Shown piece by piece: positions 1 through 9,042 of a DNA stretch of 20,000 bases. The stretch lies in IMG/VR virus record IMGVR_UViG_3300025018_000154; one strand, given 5' to 3'. This DNA is from an uncultured virus (IMG/VR IMGVR_UViG_3300025018_000154) (Duplodnaviria; Heunggongvirae; Uroviricota; Caudoviricetes). Position numbers and translations under genes: made by a program. Under the pieces are notes generated by a model. The model was not told the DNA's origin. It did not search any database and worked only from the letters and a program-made list of their open reading frames with translations. Positions within the stretch are counted from its first letter, which is position 1. Every line of letters starts with the position of its first letter.

Positions 1-77
1 AAAAGCCCTGTAATCAGAAAGGCGACATAGATTCCCTTGGCAGCTCCAAGCGGGTCGTCGTCATCGTCGTCGTTCGT
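1..77 (-). CDS. 5' part of a probable small membrane protein, running off the window edge; apparent ACG start
   Basis: SD AAAGGAG (84-90), then CCCATC-ACG; frame reads (T/M)NDDDDDPLGAAKGIYVAFLITGL; in-frame TGA at 90-92 leaves no canonical start. Confidence 0.4.
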
Positions 78-111
78 GATGGGCTCCTTTCAGGTGCCCG
101 TCACTATGGCA

Positions 112-396
112 TCAAGCACGGTCGATCACCAGCCCCAGAACGCTATCCCGGCGCAGCCTTTCGATGGGGAAGTGCCAGTAGTCCGGGGTCATGGTCCCCA
201 CGCTCGTCCAAAGGAGCGAGATGCCCAGCACCGAGCCCCCCGGGCCGTGCGTCAGCTTGCCGCCGGTCACCCGTCCTTCCCCGAAGTAGTCCAGCACACC
301 CTCGCTCGTGTCGATCAGGTGGACGTGCTTGCTCCGCAGGAAGCGGAGGACGCCCGCGAGCACGATGCCCGCGAGCTTTTCCTTCAGCCAGTTCAT
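112..396 (-). CDS. hypothetical protein, 94 aa (MNWLKEKLAGIV...)
   Basis: ATG overlaps the ACP stop (ATGA coupling); C-terminal part of track ORF 112..822. Confidence 0.7.
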   Translation of the reverse strand: MNWLKEKLAGIVLAGVLRFLRSKHVHLIDTSEGVLDYFGEGRVTGGKLTHGPGGSVLGISLLWTSVGTMTPDYWHFPIERLRRDSVLGLVIDRA

Positions 397-632
397 GCCA
401 GCCTCCGTTCGATCTCGGCCGCCATTTCCGCGATCTTCACGGACTCGTCGGGCCGGTAATCGTGCAGGACACCAGCCCCCCAGCGATCCTCGAACATGAG
501 CTGGACTTCCACGGCGTCGAGGGAATCCAGCCCCAGCTCGGCAAGGGTGGTCGTGCCGGTCGGGGGCACGTCCAAAGGAAAGGCCATCGACACCATGTCG
601 ATGATCTCTTGTTCGATCTCGGGTTGCTTCAT
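393..632 (-). CDS. acpP: acyl carrier protein / phosphopantetheine-binding protein, 79 aa
   Basis: Acidic 79-aa protein with LGLDSLDAVEVQLMFEDRWG (phosphopantetheine Ser motif); ATGA overlap with thyX stop. Confidence 0.85.
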   Translation of the reverse strand: MKQPEIEQEIIDMVSMAFPLDVPPTGTTTLAELGLDSLDAVEVQLMFEDRWGAGVLHDYRPDESVKIAEMAAEIERRLA

Positions 633-1546
633 GTCGGTTCTCCCAGAGCTTTGTGGAACGCGGCGCGCTCGCGGTCGGACACGCCGTCGATGGAGAGGGT
701 GGGTGGCCCCATGTCTTCCGAGAAGTCCCGCAGCTCGGCAAGGTATGCCCGGAGCGCGACCATCTCCTGCCGCGAGAACGTGTGGGATTCGAGCCGGTAG
801 TCCACGAAGGCTTCCCAGACATCGGGCAGCCACTCTTCGACGATCCGGCAGATCACGTTCGCATAGTCTCTGATCTCCTTCTGGGCGTGCGGGTCGGCGC
901 GCAGGCGAAGGAAGTGCAGGAGGTTGTGCAGGTTCACCTTCCAATACCACTCGGTATAGATGCCCAGCGGCAGGACTTCCCGGGCCGTCTCGCGGGCGAG
1001 GTCCAGATCGTTCTCGTCGATCAGGTCGGCGTAGGTCATGTAGGCCGAATCATAGGCCCGGGCCATGCCGCGCCGGATCACCTTCTTCTCGTCCGCGTCA
1101 TACTCCCCGGCGCGGCCCTGCTTGTTGGTCTTGCTCTGCGGGGCGAGGTCGTCAGGATGCGGCAGGTGGAACTCGCTGCGCAGGATCGAGTAGCGCGCGG
1201 AGTATTCGTTCACGCTCGCCGTCCGGTGCCTGATCCACTGCCGAGCCACGAAGACGGGCAGCTTCACGTGCAGCTTGATCTCGCACATCTCGAACGGCGT
1301 GGTGTGCCAGTGCCGCATGAGGTAGCGGAGCAAGCCCCGGTCGCTGCTGCGGCTCTCGGTGCCCTTGCCGTAGCTGACACGGGCTGCCTGCACGACCGCG
1401 CCTTGGTCGCCCATGTAGTCGATCAGGCGGATGAAGCCGTGATCGAGCACGTATTCCGGGAGGCCAAGGCGGGAGTCCATCGCGGGGACGGACGGTCTGG
1501 TGATGGTCTCGAATTGGGGGGCATCGCCCTCGAAGTCTTTGTTCAT
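629..1546 (-). CDS. thyX: flavin-dependent thymidylate synthase ThyX
   Basis: VVQAARVSYG, HTTPFEM, ARQWIRHRTASVNEYSARY (ThyX RHRx7S motif), LRADPHAQKEIR. Confidence 0.97.
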   Translation of the reverse strand: MNKDFEGDAPQFETITRPSVPAMDSRLGLPEYVLDHGFIRLIDYMGDQGAVVQAARVSYGKGTESRSSDRGLLRYLMRHWHTTPFEMCEIKLHVKLPVFVARQWIRHRTASVNEYSARYSILRSEFHLPHPDDLAPQSKTNKQGRAGEYDADEKKVIRRGMARAYDSAYMTYADLIDENDLDLARETAREVLPLGIYTEWYWKVNLHNLLHFLRLRADPHAQKEIRDYANVICRIVEEWLPDVWEAFVDYRLESHTFSRQEMVALRAYLAELRDFSEDMGPPTLSIDGVSDRERAAFHKALGEPT

Positions 1547-1809
1547 ATCGGTCTCGCAAGATCAGGGAAGGTCGCAGCCTTCGTGTGCTTCGTCAGTTCG
1601 TTGTAGGCGGCCGGGCCGACGAAGAGGGTGCCGTCATAGTAGAGGCCCCCTCCTGCGCGCTGCACGGCCTCCCAGCGGGGCGACACGGGCGTCCGGTGGG
1701 TCTGCCCGGGCCGCCACGGCCGGGAGAACAGGCGCTCCCGCCACGACCGCTTCACGGGCAGAGGCGGATGCACCACCACGATCCGAACGCCGGGCGGGAG
1801 CAAGGCCAT
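1543..1809 (-). CDS. phage hypothetical protein, 88 aa (KRSWRERLFSRPWRP motif)
   Basis: ATG at 1807-1809 overlaps the upstream TGA; stop overlaps the thyX start. Confidence 0.7.
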   Translation of the reverse strand: MALLPPGVRIVVVHPPLPVKRSWRERLFSRPWRPGQTHRTPVSPRWEAVQRAGGGLYYDGTLFVGPAAYNELTKHTKAATFPDLARPI

Positions 1810-2267
1810 CAGACCAGCTCGGCCGAGAGCACCGCCGCAGCGCCACCCTTCCGCTTGCCCTTCATGGCGTCCATCTTCGCCGTGTGCAGCGCGCTCTTCT
1901 CGGTGCGGCGCTGGTGCTGGCGGTAGACCTGCCGGGTCATCGGCTCGGGGTTCTCCGCAGGCTCCCGCCCGGCGAGGAACTGGATCACACGCTTCTTGTT
2001 CACGACGCTGCCGTGCCGTTCCCGGGGTGCCTTGTATTCGCGCTTGCGCATGTCCCACGCCTTCTTCTCGCGGACGTGTGCAGGCAGCTTGGCCGGGGAG
2101 ATGGCCGCCTTGAACTGGTCGAGGTTGCGCTTCAGCCAGCTCCGCTTGTCGGACACGCGCATCTTGCCCCAGCCTGCGGGGGCGATTCCGGCTTGCTCGA
2201 ACTCGGCCTTCGTTTCATCCAGCTCTTTGCCGGTCAGGCCGTCGAGGTCTTCGGGTTTATAGTCCAT
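1809..2267 (-). CDS. hypothetical basic protein, 152 aa (MDYKPEDLDG...)
   Basis: SD AAGGAG 7 nt before ATG at 2267; fits the operon. Confidence 0.75.
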   Translation of the reverse strand: MDYKPEDLDGLTGKELDETKAEFEQAGIAPAGWGKMRVSDKRSWLKRNLDQFKAAISPAKLPAHVREKKAWDMRKREYKAPRERHGSVVNKKRVIQFLAGREPAENPEPMTRQVYRQHQRRTEKSALHTAKMDAMKGKRKGGAAAVLSAELV

Positions 2268-2290
2268 GAGTCTTCTCCTTGGTTTACGAT

Positions 2291-2692
2291 TCAGTCGTGG
2301 GTGCCGCGCACGTGTTCGATGGCCTTTCCCGGCGCGGCCGTGCGCCAGTCGGGCCAGTCGCGCAGCTCGTTCTTGCCCTGCTTTGCGACGATCATCTCGA
2401 CGGCCTTGGCGGCCACCTGATCGAAAGGCAGGTTCGGGTTGGCCGCCGAGATCGCGCGGGTCAGCCCGTCGATACCGAGGATCGCCACGTCGGTCCACTC
2501 TTCGGCGGCCTCCATGTGGGTGTGGAAGTCGGGCTCTTCGCCCGGGTTGCCGTCGTTCTCGGCGTAGACCTTGGCGACCTCGCGCAGCTCCTTGCCTACG
2601 TGGTCGATCACGCCCTCGGTGCGCGGACCCGGGCCGAACGTGGCGCGGGAGAACGCCGCTTGGCGGGTCAGGTGGGTGACAAAATCAGTCAT
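2291..2692 (-). CDS. DUF550-family dATP/dGTP pyrophosphohydrolase (MazG-like)
   Basis: FSRATFGPGPRTEGVIDHVGKELREV...EEWTDVAIL...KNELRDWPDWR...AIEHVR signature. Confidence 0.85.
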   Translation of the reverse strand: MTDFVTHLTRQAAFSRATFGPGPRTEGVIDHVGKELREVAKVYAENDGNPGEEPDFHTHMEAAEEWTDVAILGIDGLTRAISAANPNLPFDQVAAKAVEMIVAKQGKNELRDWPDWRTAAPGKAIEHVRGTHD

Positions 2693-3599
2693 CGTCTTGC
2701 TCCTTCAGCATGGCTTCGATGTCGGTCCAGCGGTGACGGACGCCACGCAGCAGGGCCTTGTTCTCGCGCTCCTTCTCCTGCGCCCGGGACCATGCGTCCT
2801 CGTCGATCAGGGGTTGGATCGCGTCTTGGATCAGGGCGACCACGACCGACGGTTCGAGGGCGTCCAGCTCCCAGCTCGTGCGGCCGTGCCGGGCGATGTA
2901 GTCGGCGGCGCGCGAGTCGGTGATCTTGGCTGGGTTGGGCGGCGGCCGGTAGCGGTCGATCTGGTCCCGGTTGAGGGCGATGCGGTTGACCTCGACGCGC
3001 TCCCCGGCGAACAGACCGAGCCGGTCGTGGTTGTCCCGGGTCATGTCGATCCCCGAAGGGTCGTGGTCGCCAAGGTGGATCACCAGCGGGGTCTTCCCGT
3101 TGTCAATCTGCGCTTGGAACCGCTTACCGGAGCGGTAGGCTTCCGAGGCGGACAGGTAGCCCTTGCAGGCCATGTAGGGCACCCGGAGCGGGCCGCACGC
3201 GCGCTGGACCACGTTCGAGAGGGCTTCCTTCTCGACCCAGACCTCGACGTAGTAGTCCTGCTCGGCCCAGAAGTCGGCGGCATACTCGCTCGGGAGGTCA
3301 CGCAGAATCTCGTCGATGCTCTCTTCGATCAGCCACGGCTTGACGCCCCGGCCGCGATCCTCGATCCCGTCCCACGGCAGCAGCCCGGCCATGCGGGCGT
3401 CCGTGACGAGCCCACCGAGGCGCTTGTAGCTCTTCTCGCTGTTCTCGATGATGTCCCGGGAGACGAACTGGTAGTAGAGCTGGCGCAGGGTCAGGACGTA
3501 GCCCTGCCCCTCGTAGTCCGTGATGATGTCCTCGGCCAGCTCGATCAGGCGCTTGGAGTCTCCCCGGAAGTTCTTCTCGACGAATTGCTCGTAGTGCAT
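2685..3599 (-). CDS. Topoisomerase VI subunit A / Spo11-like TOPRIM protein (Mini-A type), no B subunit in window
   Basis: TLRQLYY (winged-helix catalytic Tyr), VEVWVEKEAL, KGYLSAS, HLGDHDPSG (DxD), RIALN, WELDAL. Confidence 0.8.
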   Translation of the reverse strand: MHYEQFVEKNFRGDSKRLIELAEDIITDYEGQGYVLTLRQLYYQFVSRDIIENSEKSYKRLGGLVTDARMAGLLPWDGIEDRGRGVKPWLIEESIDEILRDLPSEYAADFWAEQDYYVEVWVEKEALSNVVQRACGPLRVPYMACKGYLSASEAYRSGKRFQAQIDNGKTPLVIHLGDHDPSGIDMTRDNHDRLGLFAGERVEVNRIALNRDQIDRYRPPPNPAKITDSRAADYIARHGRTSWELDALEPSVVVALIQDAIQPLIDEDAWSRAQEKERENKALLRGVRHRWTDIEAMLKEQDDD

Positions 3600-3600
3600 G

Positions 3601-3949
3601 TCAGCTCTCCTTCACGGGCTCGATTGGGCGCGTCACGGTCACTCCGATGCTGGGCGTCAACACCATCGGCACCGTCCTGACCGGCGGGGCCTTGGGCACC
3701 GTCCTTGCCGTCAACGCCATCGGCACCGTCAGCACCATCCTGACCGGCGGGGCCTTGGGGGCCTTGCGGACCCGGTGCGCCGTCCTGACCAGCAGGGCCT
3801 TACGGGCCGGTCGGTCCAGCGGGGCCTTCGGGGCCAGTGTCGCCGCAGAAGAACGGCGGGTTCGGCGTGTTGCACGAGTTTCCGCCGGTAGCAAAGGCCG
3901 GGCTCGCGAGAAGCGCAAGGGCGGCGAAGAGGGAGGTCATTTTCAGCAT
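3601..3949 (-). pseudogene. secreted collagen-like (Gly-X-Y) protein gene with a nonsense codon and a truncated or frameshifted 3' end
   Basis: ATG 3949 with SD AAAGGA: MLKMTSLFAALALLASPAFATGGNSCNTPNPPFFCGDTGPEGPAGPTGP*GPAGQDGAPGPQGPQGPAGQDGADG...; TAA at 3800-3802 sits in a GP(Q)G triplet run. Confidence 0.8.
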
Positions 3950-4059
3950 GGTTCATTCCTTTTGCTGGGTTTCAGGTGCCCGACCGAGGCGGGTGGGATT
4001 TTCCCCGGCCGGGCGTCGAGGGGATCAAGGCTTTGCAGTCCAATCACCCCCCGATTCGT

Positions 4060-5202
4060 TTACCACTCGGCCAGATCGAGCAGGTTGCCGCCCCGGCGCT
4101 CGACGCCCACGCGGTCGTCCTGATTCTTGATAGACTTGGCGTAGGCGGTCACGCCGGTCACGGCATCCCAGAGGGTTTCGATGGGGCGGCTCTCTTCCCG
4201 CAGGTGGGCTTCCTTCGCGCCGTTGATCTCGGCCATCGTGAACTTCCGGTCCTTCAGGAACTTCGTCAGGTCGTCGTCCACGCGCTTCTGCTGCGCGATC
4301 TGGATGGTCTTCTCGACCGGCGCGGCCGCTGCGTTGGCGTAGTCCTTCAGGACCGGCACGATGTTCTCCATCCAGCGGTCAGGGGCACCGCTCGTGTGGC
4401 GCAGCCTGATCTCCTTGAAGCCCTGCGCGCCCCAGACGATCCGGTTGGAGCAGGCGTAGTCGAAGAGGAAGAACGCGGCCCCGAGGGACTGGCTGCCGAC
4501 CTCGGAGTTCCAGACGAAGAAGCCCCGGGCGAGCGACCCGCCCTTGCCGTCACGGCGGTTGTCCATCTCGACACGGTTGGTCTCGTCCGCAAGGAAGATG
4601 AACATATCGCGGTCGGATGCGTAGAGCGTGGTGTTGTCCTTCGTGATGTTCACCTGCTGGCCGAACTCGCCCGGCACCCGGAAGTCCCCGGTGCGGCCGT
4701 CACCGAATTTGCCCATGAGCATACCGATGATGTCGTTGTTCCAGACGCGGCCGTAGTTCGGGCCGGTGGCGGCGCGGAGCTGCACGTGCTGGCCGACCTG
4801 CGAGAAGTCTTCGCCCGGCGCGGTGATGTCCACGTCGTTCACGGTGCGCAGGACGCCGATCTCCTGCACGTCGCGGTGAAACTGCATCCCGTAGTTGAGG
4901 GCGTCAGCGGCGAGCGGTGCGGGCAGCTTGCGCAGGTAGGAGGCCGGGGCACTGACGAGCGAGGCGAGCTGACCGAACGAGTAGTGCGTCGGGTCGATGT
5001 AGCCGTTGGAGCCTTCGATGGTCAGGCCGCGAGTCGGGTTGGCGGGATGGGGCGTGAAGCGCACCTTGCGGTTCGTGATGACGTTCTCGACCGAGTTCTC
5101 ACGGCTGGCGTCTGCCATTGCCTTCATCGACGGGAGGTCCAGAAAACGCTCGTCGGCCGGGCGCTTCATCCACTGTTCGCTGCACTGCATAAGGGTAGTC
5201 AT
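4060..5202 (-). CDS. DUF932-family protein, 380 aa
   Basis: QWMKRPADERF, LRAATGPNYGRVWN, TTLYASDRDMFIFL, RGFFVWNSEVGS, ACSNRIVWG, TLWDAVTGVTAYA. Confidence 0.85.
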   Translation of the reverse strand: MTTLMQCSEQWMKRPADERFLDLPSMKAMADASRENSVENVITNRKVRFTPHPANPTRGLTIEGSNGYIDPTHYSFGQLASLVSAPASYLRKLPAPLAADALNYGMQFHRDVQEIGVLRTVNDVDITAPGEDFSQVGQHVQLRAATGPNYGRVWNNDIIGMLMGKFGDGRTGDFRVPGEFGQQVNITKDNTTLYASDRDMFIFLADETNRVEMDNRRDGKGGSLARGFFVWNSEVGSQSLGAAFFLFDYACSNRIVWGAQGFKEIRLRHTSGAPDRWMENIVPVLKDYANAAAAPVEKTIQIAQQKRVDDDLTKFLKDRKFTMAEINGAKEAHLREESRPIETLWDAVTGVTAYAKSIKNQDDRVGVERRGGNLLDLAEW

Positions 5203-5262
5203 GAGCTTGAGTCCTTTTCAAAGGGGTTCTGCTGGACCGGAGCTTCGTGCCCCGGTGACAGA

Positions 5263-5291
5263 CAGATAGACTACCCCCGGTGGACAATCAA
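5263..5291 (-). promoter_or_regulatory. putative phage promoter TTGATT-N17-TATCTG (copy 1)
   Basis: TTGATTGTCCAC...GTC-TATCTG; same element at 10153-10181 and 11976-12004; A-tracts upstream. Confidence 0.7.
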
Positions 5292-5331
5292 GTGGTCATG
5301 ACCAACTTTTTTCCAAACCATCTGGTTTTTC

Positions 5332-5367
5332 GGCGCGGCGAACCGGGAATCCGCCGCGCTATTTTTT
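5332..5367 (+). terminator. GC hairpin followed by a T-run on the + strand (possible antisense-oriented terminator)
   Basis: GCGCGGCG-N11-CGCCGCGC then TATTTTTT. Confidence 0.4.
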
Positions 5368-5403
5368 GCGGGGTTTTTCTATTTTACCCCTATTTTCATT
5401 GGC

Positions 5404-8400
5404 TTACCCGCAGGAAGACCAACCGCAATCCACGCAGGAAGAGCACCCACTTTCCCGCTTGAAATTGTAGCCGCCGCAGTTCGGACAGGGCTTCCCCTTG
5501 ACCTCGAAAGCCATCTCCGGGATGGGCATCTCGGCCAGAGAGGGGTCAACCCGGAGCGCCTTGACCGGCTTGGTGATTCCCCCAACGTCCATGTGTTCGA
5601 GCAGCTTGGTCCCGATGGCCGCGAGCGTGGAGGGCTGGTAGCCCCGCTTGCCCCAGAAGCCGCCGGTCGAGGACGAGTGGATGCGCCTGAAGTCCTCCGC
5701 GATGAAGCGGGCCTCGCCCCGGCGCATCACGGCCGAGACCGTCCGGGCGATCCCGACCATCCATTCGTCGTGCGCCGGGTCGCTCGACCGCAGGAATATC
5801 TCGAAGGGCCGGGTGACGCCGTTCTCTGTGATGTCCGAGACGGTCAGGTAGACCGCCTTGTTCGAGCCGACCTTGATCTTGTAGGTCGTCCCGGACAGGG
5901 CCTCGGGTCGCTGGATCAGGTCGCCCTCGTCCCGGTCGAGTTCGAGGTTGGCCTTGGCAAAGCTCGCGGCCTGCGCCTCGATCTCTTCCGGGGACATCTC
6001 GTATTCCCGGGCTGCCTCGATCAGCTCGTCCAGATCGGGCTTCTCTTCCTTCGGGGGATCGACGGACAAGACGGAGCCCGTGACATCGTTCGGCCGGTAG
6101 GTCGTGCAGCCCTTGCAGCCCGTGTCATACGCCTGATCGTAGACTGCCTTGAAGTCCTCGAACGAGATGTCCTCCGGGCAGTTGATCGTCTTCGAGATCG
6201 ACGAGTCCACGTGGCGCTGGGCGGCTGCCTGCATGATGACGTGCTCGTGCGGCTTCAGCTCTTGGGCCGTCACGAAGTAGTCGGGCAGGGGCTCGTCGCC
6301 ACGCAGCTCGCGCCAGAGCTGGACGGCATAGTCCACGACCTCTTCCTCGGTGCGCGTGCCGTCCTTCTGCAAGACCTTGCGCTTGTAGGCGAGGGCGAAG
6401 ACCGGCTCGATCCCGGAGGACACGTTGCCAGCGTAGAGCGAGATCGTCCCGGTCGGCGCGATGCTGGTCAACAGGGCGTTGCGGATGCCGTGCTCGCGGA
6501 TCGCGGCCTTCACGTCGTCAGGCATGGTCGAGGCGTGGGTGCCGTCGGCAAGGAACTTGTCGGCATCGAAGAGCGGGAACGCCCCCTTCTCCTTTGCCAG
6601 CTCGACCGAGGCCCGGTAGGCTTCCACGTCGATCAGGCGCATCCACTTGTCCAGCCGCTCGGCAGCCTCTTCCGTGCCATAGCGCAGGCGGACCATCATG
6701 AGTGCGTCGGCCACGCCGGTCACGCCCAGCCCGATCCGGCGCTTGTTCTCGGCCTCTTCCTTCTGCTGGGGCAGCGGGAAGTTCGAGACATCGACCACGT
6801 TGTCCATCATGCGGACGGCCGTGTGGACGAGCTTCTTCAGGCGGTGGGAATCGAGCCCGGCGTTGTCCGCGAACGGCTTGTCGATAAGCCGGGCCAGATT
6901 GATCGAGCCGAGCAGGCACGCGCCGTAGGGAGGCAACGGCTGTTCGCCGCAAGGATTCGTAGCGGCGATGGTCTCGACGTAGTTGAGGTTGTTCGCCTTG
7001 TTGATCCGGTCGATGAAGATCACGCCGGGCTCGGCATAGCCGTAGGTGGATCGGAGAATCGTGTCCCAGAGTTCTCGGGCGTTGACGACCCGGTGGACGT
7101 AGCGCGGCAGGCCGTCTCCGTCCCGGCCGGTGCTCCCCAGATGATCCAGAATCTCGGTATTCAGGCCAGAGTGCGGGCCGGTAGCAGGCGGCTCGACATG
7201 GACAAGAGGCCAGTCTGCATCCGACCGAACCGCCTTCATGAAGTCGTCTGTCACCAGCACGCTCATGTTGAACATGCGCAGGCGCGCGGCGTCCTGCTTG
7301 GCGGTGATGAAGTCTTCGATGTCCGGGTGGTCGCAGCGCATGGTCGCCATCATGGCTCCCCGTCGTGATCCTGCGGACATGACCGTTCGGCACATGGCGT
7401 CCCAGCAGTCCATGAAGGTCAGCGGGCCGGAGGCGTCCGCGCCGAGCTTCTTGACCAAGGCACCCTTCGGCCGGATCGGGCTGAAGTCGTAGCCGATGCC
7501 CCCGCCCTGCTGCATGGTCAGAGCCGCTTCCTTCAGCATCGAGAAGATGCCGTCCATCGAGTCGGGGATCGTCCCCATCACGAAGCATTGCCCCGTGTGG
7601 ATGCCGAGATCGAGTTGCACCGAATCCGTCGAAAGAACACGAGGACAATAGACCGGCTCCGGGTCCGCATACGACCCAATCTCGATAACTTCCCAGCCGG
7701 GTTCCGACGCCACGAAGTTCGCAAGATGCTTGGCAAGAAGGAAGTCATCTTCGGTCATCGTCCAGCGGTGGAAGCCGACATTGAACAGCGGTTTGTTGCG
7801 AGGCCCAAGATTGGTCTTCGTAGGTTGCGCCGTAGCGAAGGAAACCTCCATCCCGGCAATCGCACCGAACTTGCGAAGCCATGCGAGTTCTTCTTCCCCG
7901 CAGGAAAGAATGGCCTTCATATCACGGGCACAAACGCTGCCATCCGTGGCGAGCCAGCCACGAAGAAAGCCCGTGAGGTATTCGACATTGTGGGTGATCG
8001 AAGACGGGAGAGCCTTCAGATCAAGACGAATACCCGTAAGACGAACGAGGGGGTCCCCGTCGAAACTGGGCGGTTCCGTAATAGCGACACCCGGATGCGA
8101 ATCGAAGAACTCGATAAGATCAGCCTTGTCCCCGCAGAGGCGGATACGGAACGAACGAAGGCCCTCGGTGTTGGTGGATTCCAAAGAGCCATCACCGTAG
8201 ATCAGGCCGTGGGCAACTCCGAGACGGTAGGACGGGCAGTCTTCGACTTCCTTACGGCGGACGAACTTCAACTTGTCCCCAGCGGCGAGTTGTTCTGTGG
8301 TTTTCTCAGAACCGTCGGCCATGACCCAGCGATGCCCAGCAGTCGCCCGGATCGTCTTGCGCTTCCGACGATTATATCCGCCTGCGAGAATGACATTCGC

Positions 8401-8799
8401 CACGGGCTGTTCTCCGAACGAGTTGATCGGAGCAGCAATCCATTCGCCGTTCCCGTCGAGAACATGGACGTTCATGCCCGCGATCTCGCCAATCTGCACG
8501 AGGCCGTGTTCTTTCGTCAGAATCGTCGTGTCGGCAGCGAGGCAGTTGAACAAGGTCACACTGCGCCCGGTGCCCGCGCCTGCGGTGATCCGCCCGGCGG
8601 GGAGATACTGGAAGTCTTCGAGCGCCTTGTAGAACTCGTCCTCGCGCTCGATGTCGAGCCCTTCCGGCTCGGCCAGCGCCCCGGCGATCCTGCGCCACGT
8701 GTCCTCGACGGTCTGGTCAACCGGCGTGCCGTGGTTGTCCTTCAGGCGGTATTTCATATCCCAGATTTGCTCGGAGATAGGAGCAGAGAAGCGTGTCAT
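5404..8799 (-). CDS. nrdJ: class II (AdoCbl-dependent) ribonucleotide reductase with intein, C-terminal TSCPD-like and Zn-ribbon domains
   Basis: [81 protein letters not shown]...[10 protein letters not shown]. Confidence 0.96.
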   Translation of the reverse strand: MTRFSAPISEQIWDMKYRLKDNHGTPVDQTVEDTWRRIAGALAEPEGLDIEREDEFYKALEDFQYLPAGRITAGAGTGRSVTLFNCLAADTTILTKEHGLVQIGEIAGMNVHVLDGNGEWIAAPINSFGEQPVANVILAGGYNRRKRKTIRATAGHRWVMADGSEKTTEQLAAGDKLKFVRRKEVEDCPSYRLGVAHGLIYGDGSLESTNTEGLRSFRIRLCGDKADLIEFFDSHPGVAITEPPSFDGDPLVRLTGIRLDLKALPSSITHNVEYLTGFLRGWLATDGSVCARDMKAILSCGEEELAWLRKFGAIAGMEVSFATAQPTKTNLGPRNKPLFNVGFHRWTMTEDDFLLAKHLANFVASEPGWEVIEIGSYADPEPVYCPRVLSTDSVQLDLGIHTGQCFVMGTIPDSMDGIFSMLKEAALTMQQGGGIGYDFSPIRPKGALVKKLGADASGPLTFMDCWDAMCRTVMSAGSRRGAMMATMRCDHPDIEDFITAKQDAARLRMFNMSVLVTDDFMKAVRSDADWPLVHVEPPATGPHSGLNTEILDHLGSTGRDGDGLPRYVHRVVNARELWDTILRSTYGYAEPGVIFIDRINKANNLNYVETIAATNPCGEQPLPPYGACLLGSINLARLIDKPFADNAGLDSHRLKKLVHTAVRMMDNVVDVSNFPLPQQKEEAENKRRIGLGVTGVADALMMVRLRYGTEEAAERLDKWMRLIDVEAYRASVELAKEKGAFPLFDADKFLADGTHASTMPDDVKAAIREHGIRNALLTSIAPTGTISLYAGNVSSGIEPVFALAYKRKVLQKDGTRTEEEVVDYAVQLWRELRGDEPLPDYFVTAQELKPHEHVIMQAAAQRHVDSSISKTINCPEDISFEDFKAVYDQAYDTGCKGCTTYRPNDVTGSVLSVDPPKEEKPDLDELIEAAREYEMSPEEIEAQAASFAKANLELDRDEGDLIQRPEALSGTTYKIKVGSNKAVYLTVSDITENGVTRPFEIFLRSSDPAHDEWMVGIARTVSAVMRRGEARFIAEDFRRIHSSSTGGFWGKRGYQPSTLAAIGTKLLEHMDVGGITKPVKALRVDPSLAEMPIPEMAFEVKGKPCPNCGGYNFKRESGCSSCVDCGWSSCG
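7588..8544 (-). mobile_element. 319-aa intein with LAGLIDADG homing endonuclease in nrdJ, ending in Gln
   Basis: Starts [10 protein letters not shown] (Cys86); ATAGHRW block [10 protein letters not shown] and [12 protein letters not shown] motifs; PVYCP block F; ends GIHTGQ/C; codon usage differs from the exteins. Confidence 0.92.
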
Positions 8800-8832
8800 G
8801 ATTTTCCCTCATATTGATTCGACCCGGCCAAC

Positions 8833-9042
8833 CTACGCCATATGTAGCGGTCGGGACAGCTTCAGTTCATCCAGCGCCTCGTCAACGTCGAGAGGCCAGA
8901 CCGACCAATCCAACCGCTCCGCAGAGATCAGGTGAATAGGCATCCCGCGCCGGATGGGGGCGACGGGTTTCTCGGCGCACGCCTTGCAGAGCCCGTCGTC
9001 ATCACGGCGGGCTCTGCGGGCGCAAGATCGGCACTTCTTCAA
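8833..9042 (-). CDS. small Zn-finger protein (CRSC...CKAC), 69 aa, probable TTG start
   Basis: TTG overlaps the HD gene stop (TTGA); two CxxC pairs. Confidence 0.6.
   Translation of the reverse strand: MKKCRSCARRARRDDDGLCKACAEKPVAPIRRGMPIHLISAERLDWSVWPLDVDEALDELKLSRPLHMA

Noticed and set aside
2685..3599. Wadjet JetD defence system
   Set aside because: No JetABC (SMC/kleisin) genes adjacent; phage operon context fits Mini-A
3601..3918. 105-aa track ORF as the real gene
   Set aside because: Out-of-frame reading of the collagen repeats; only its last ~17 codons may be genuine
3990..4055. tRNA-Cys-like GGACTGCAAAGCC loop on the minus strand
   Set aside because: No TTCGA T-loop or acceptor stem can be built; better explained as intergenic hairpins
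653..7368. Long + strand ORFs (653..1606, 2571..3680, 3976..5301, 5593..7368)
   Set aside because: Antisense shadows of real high-GC minus-strand genes; no RBS or motifs
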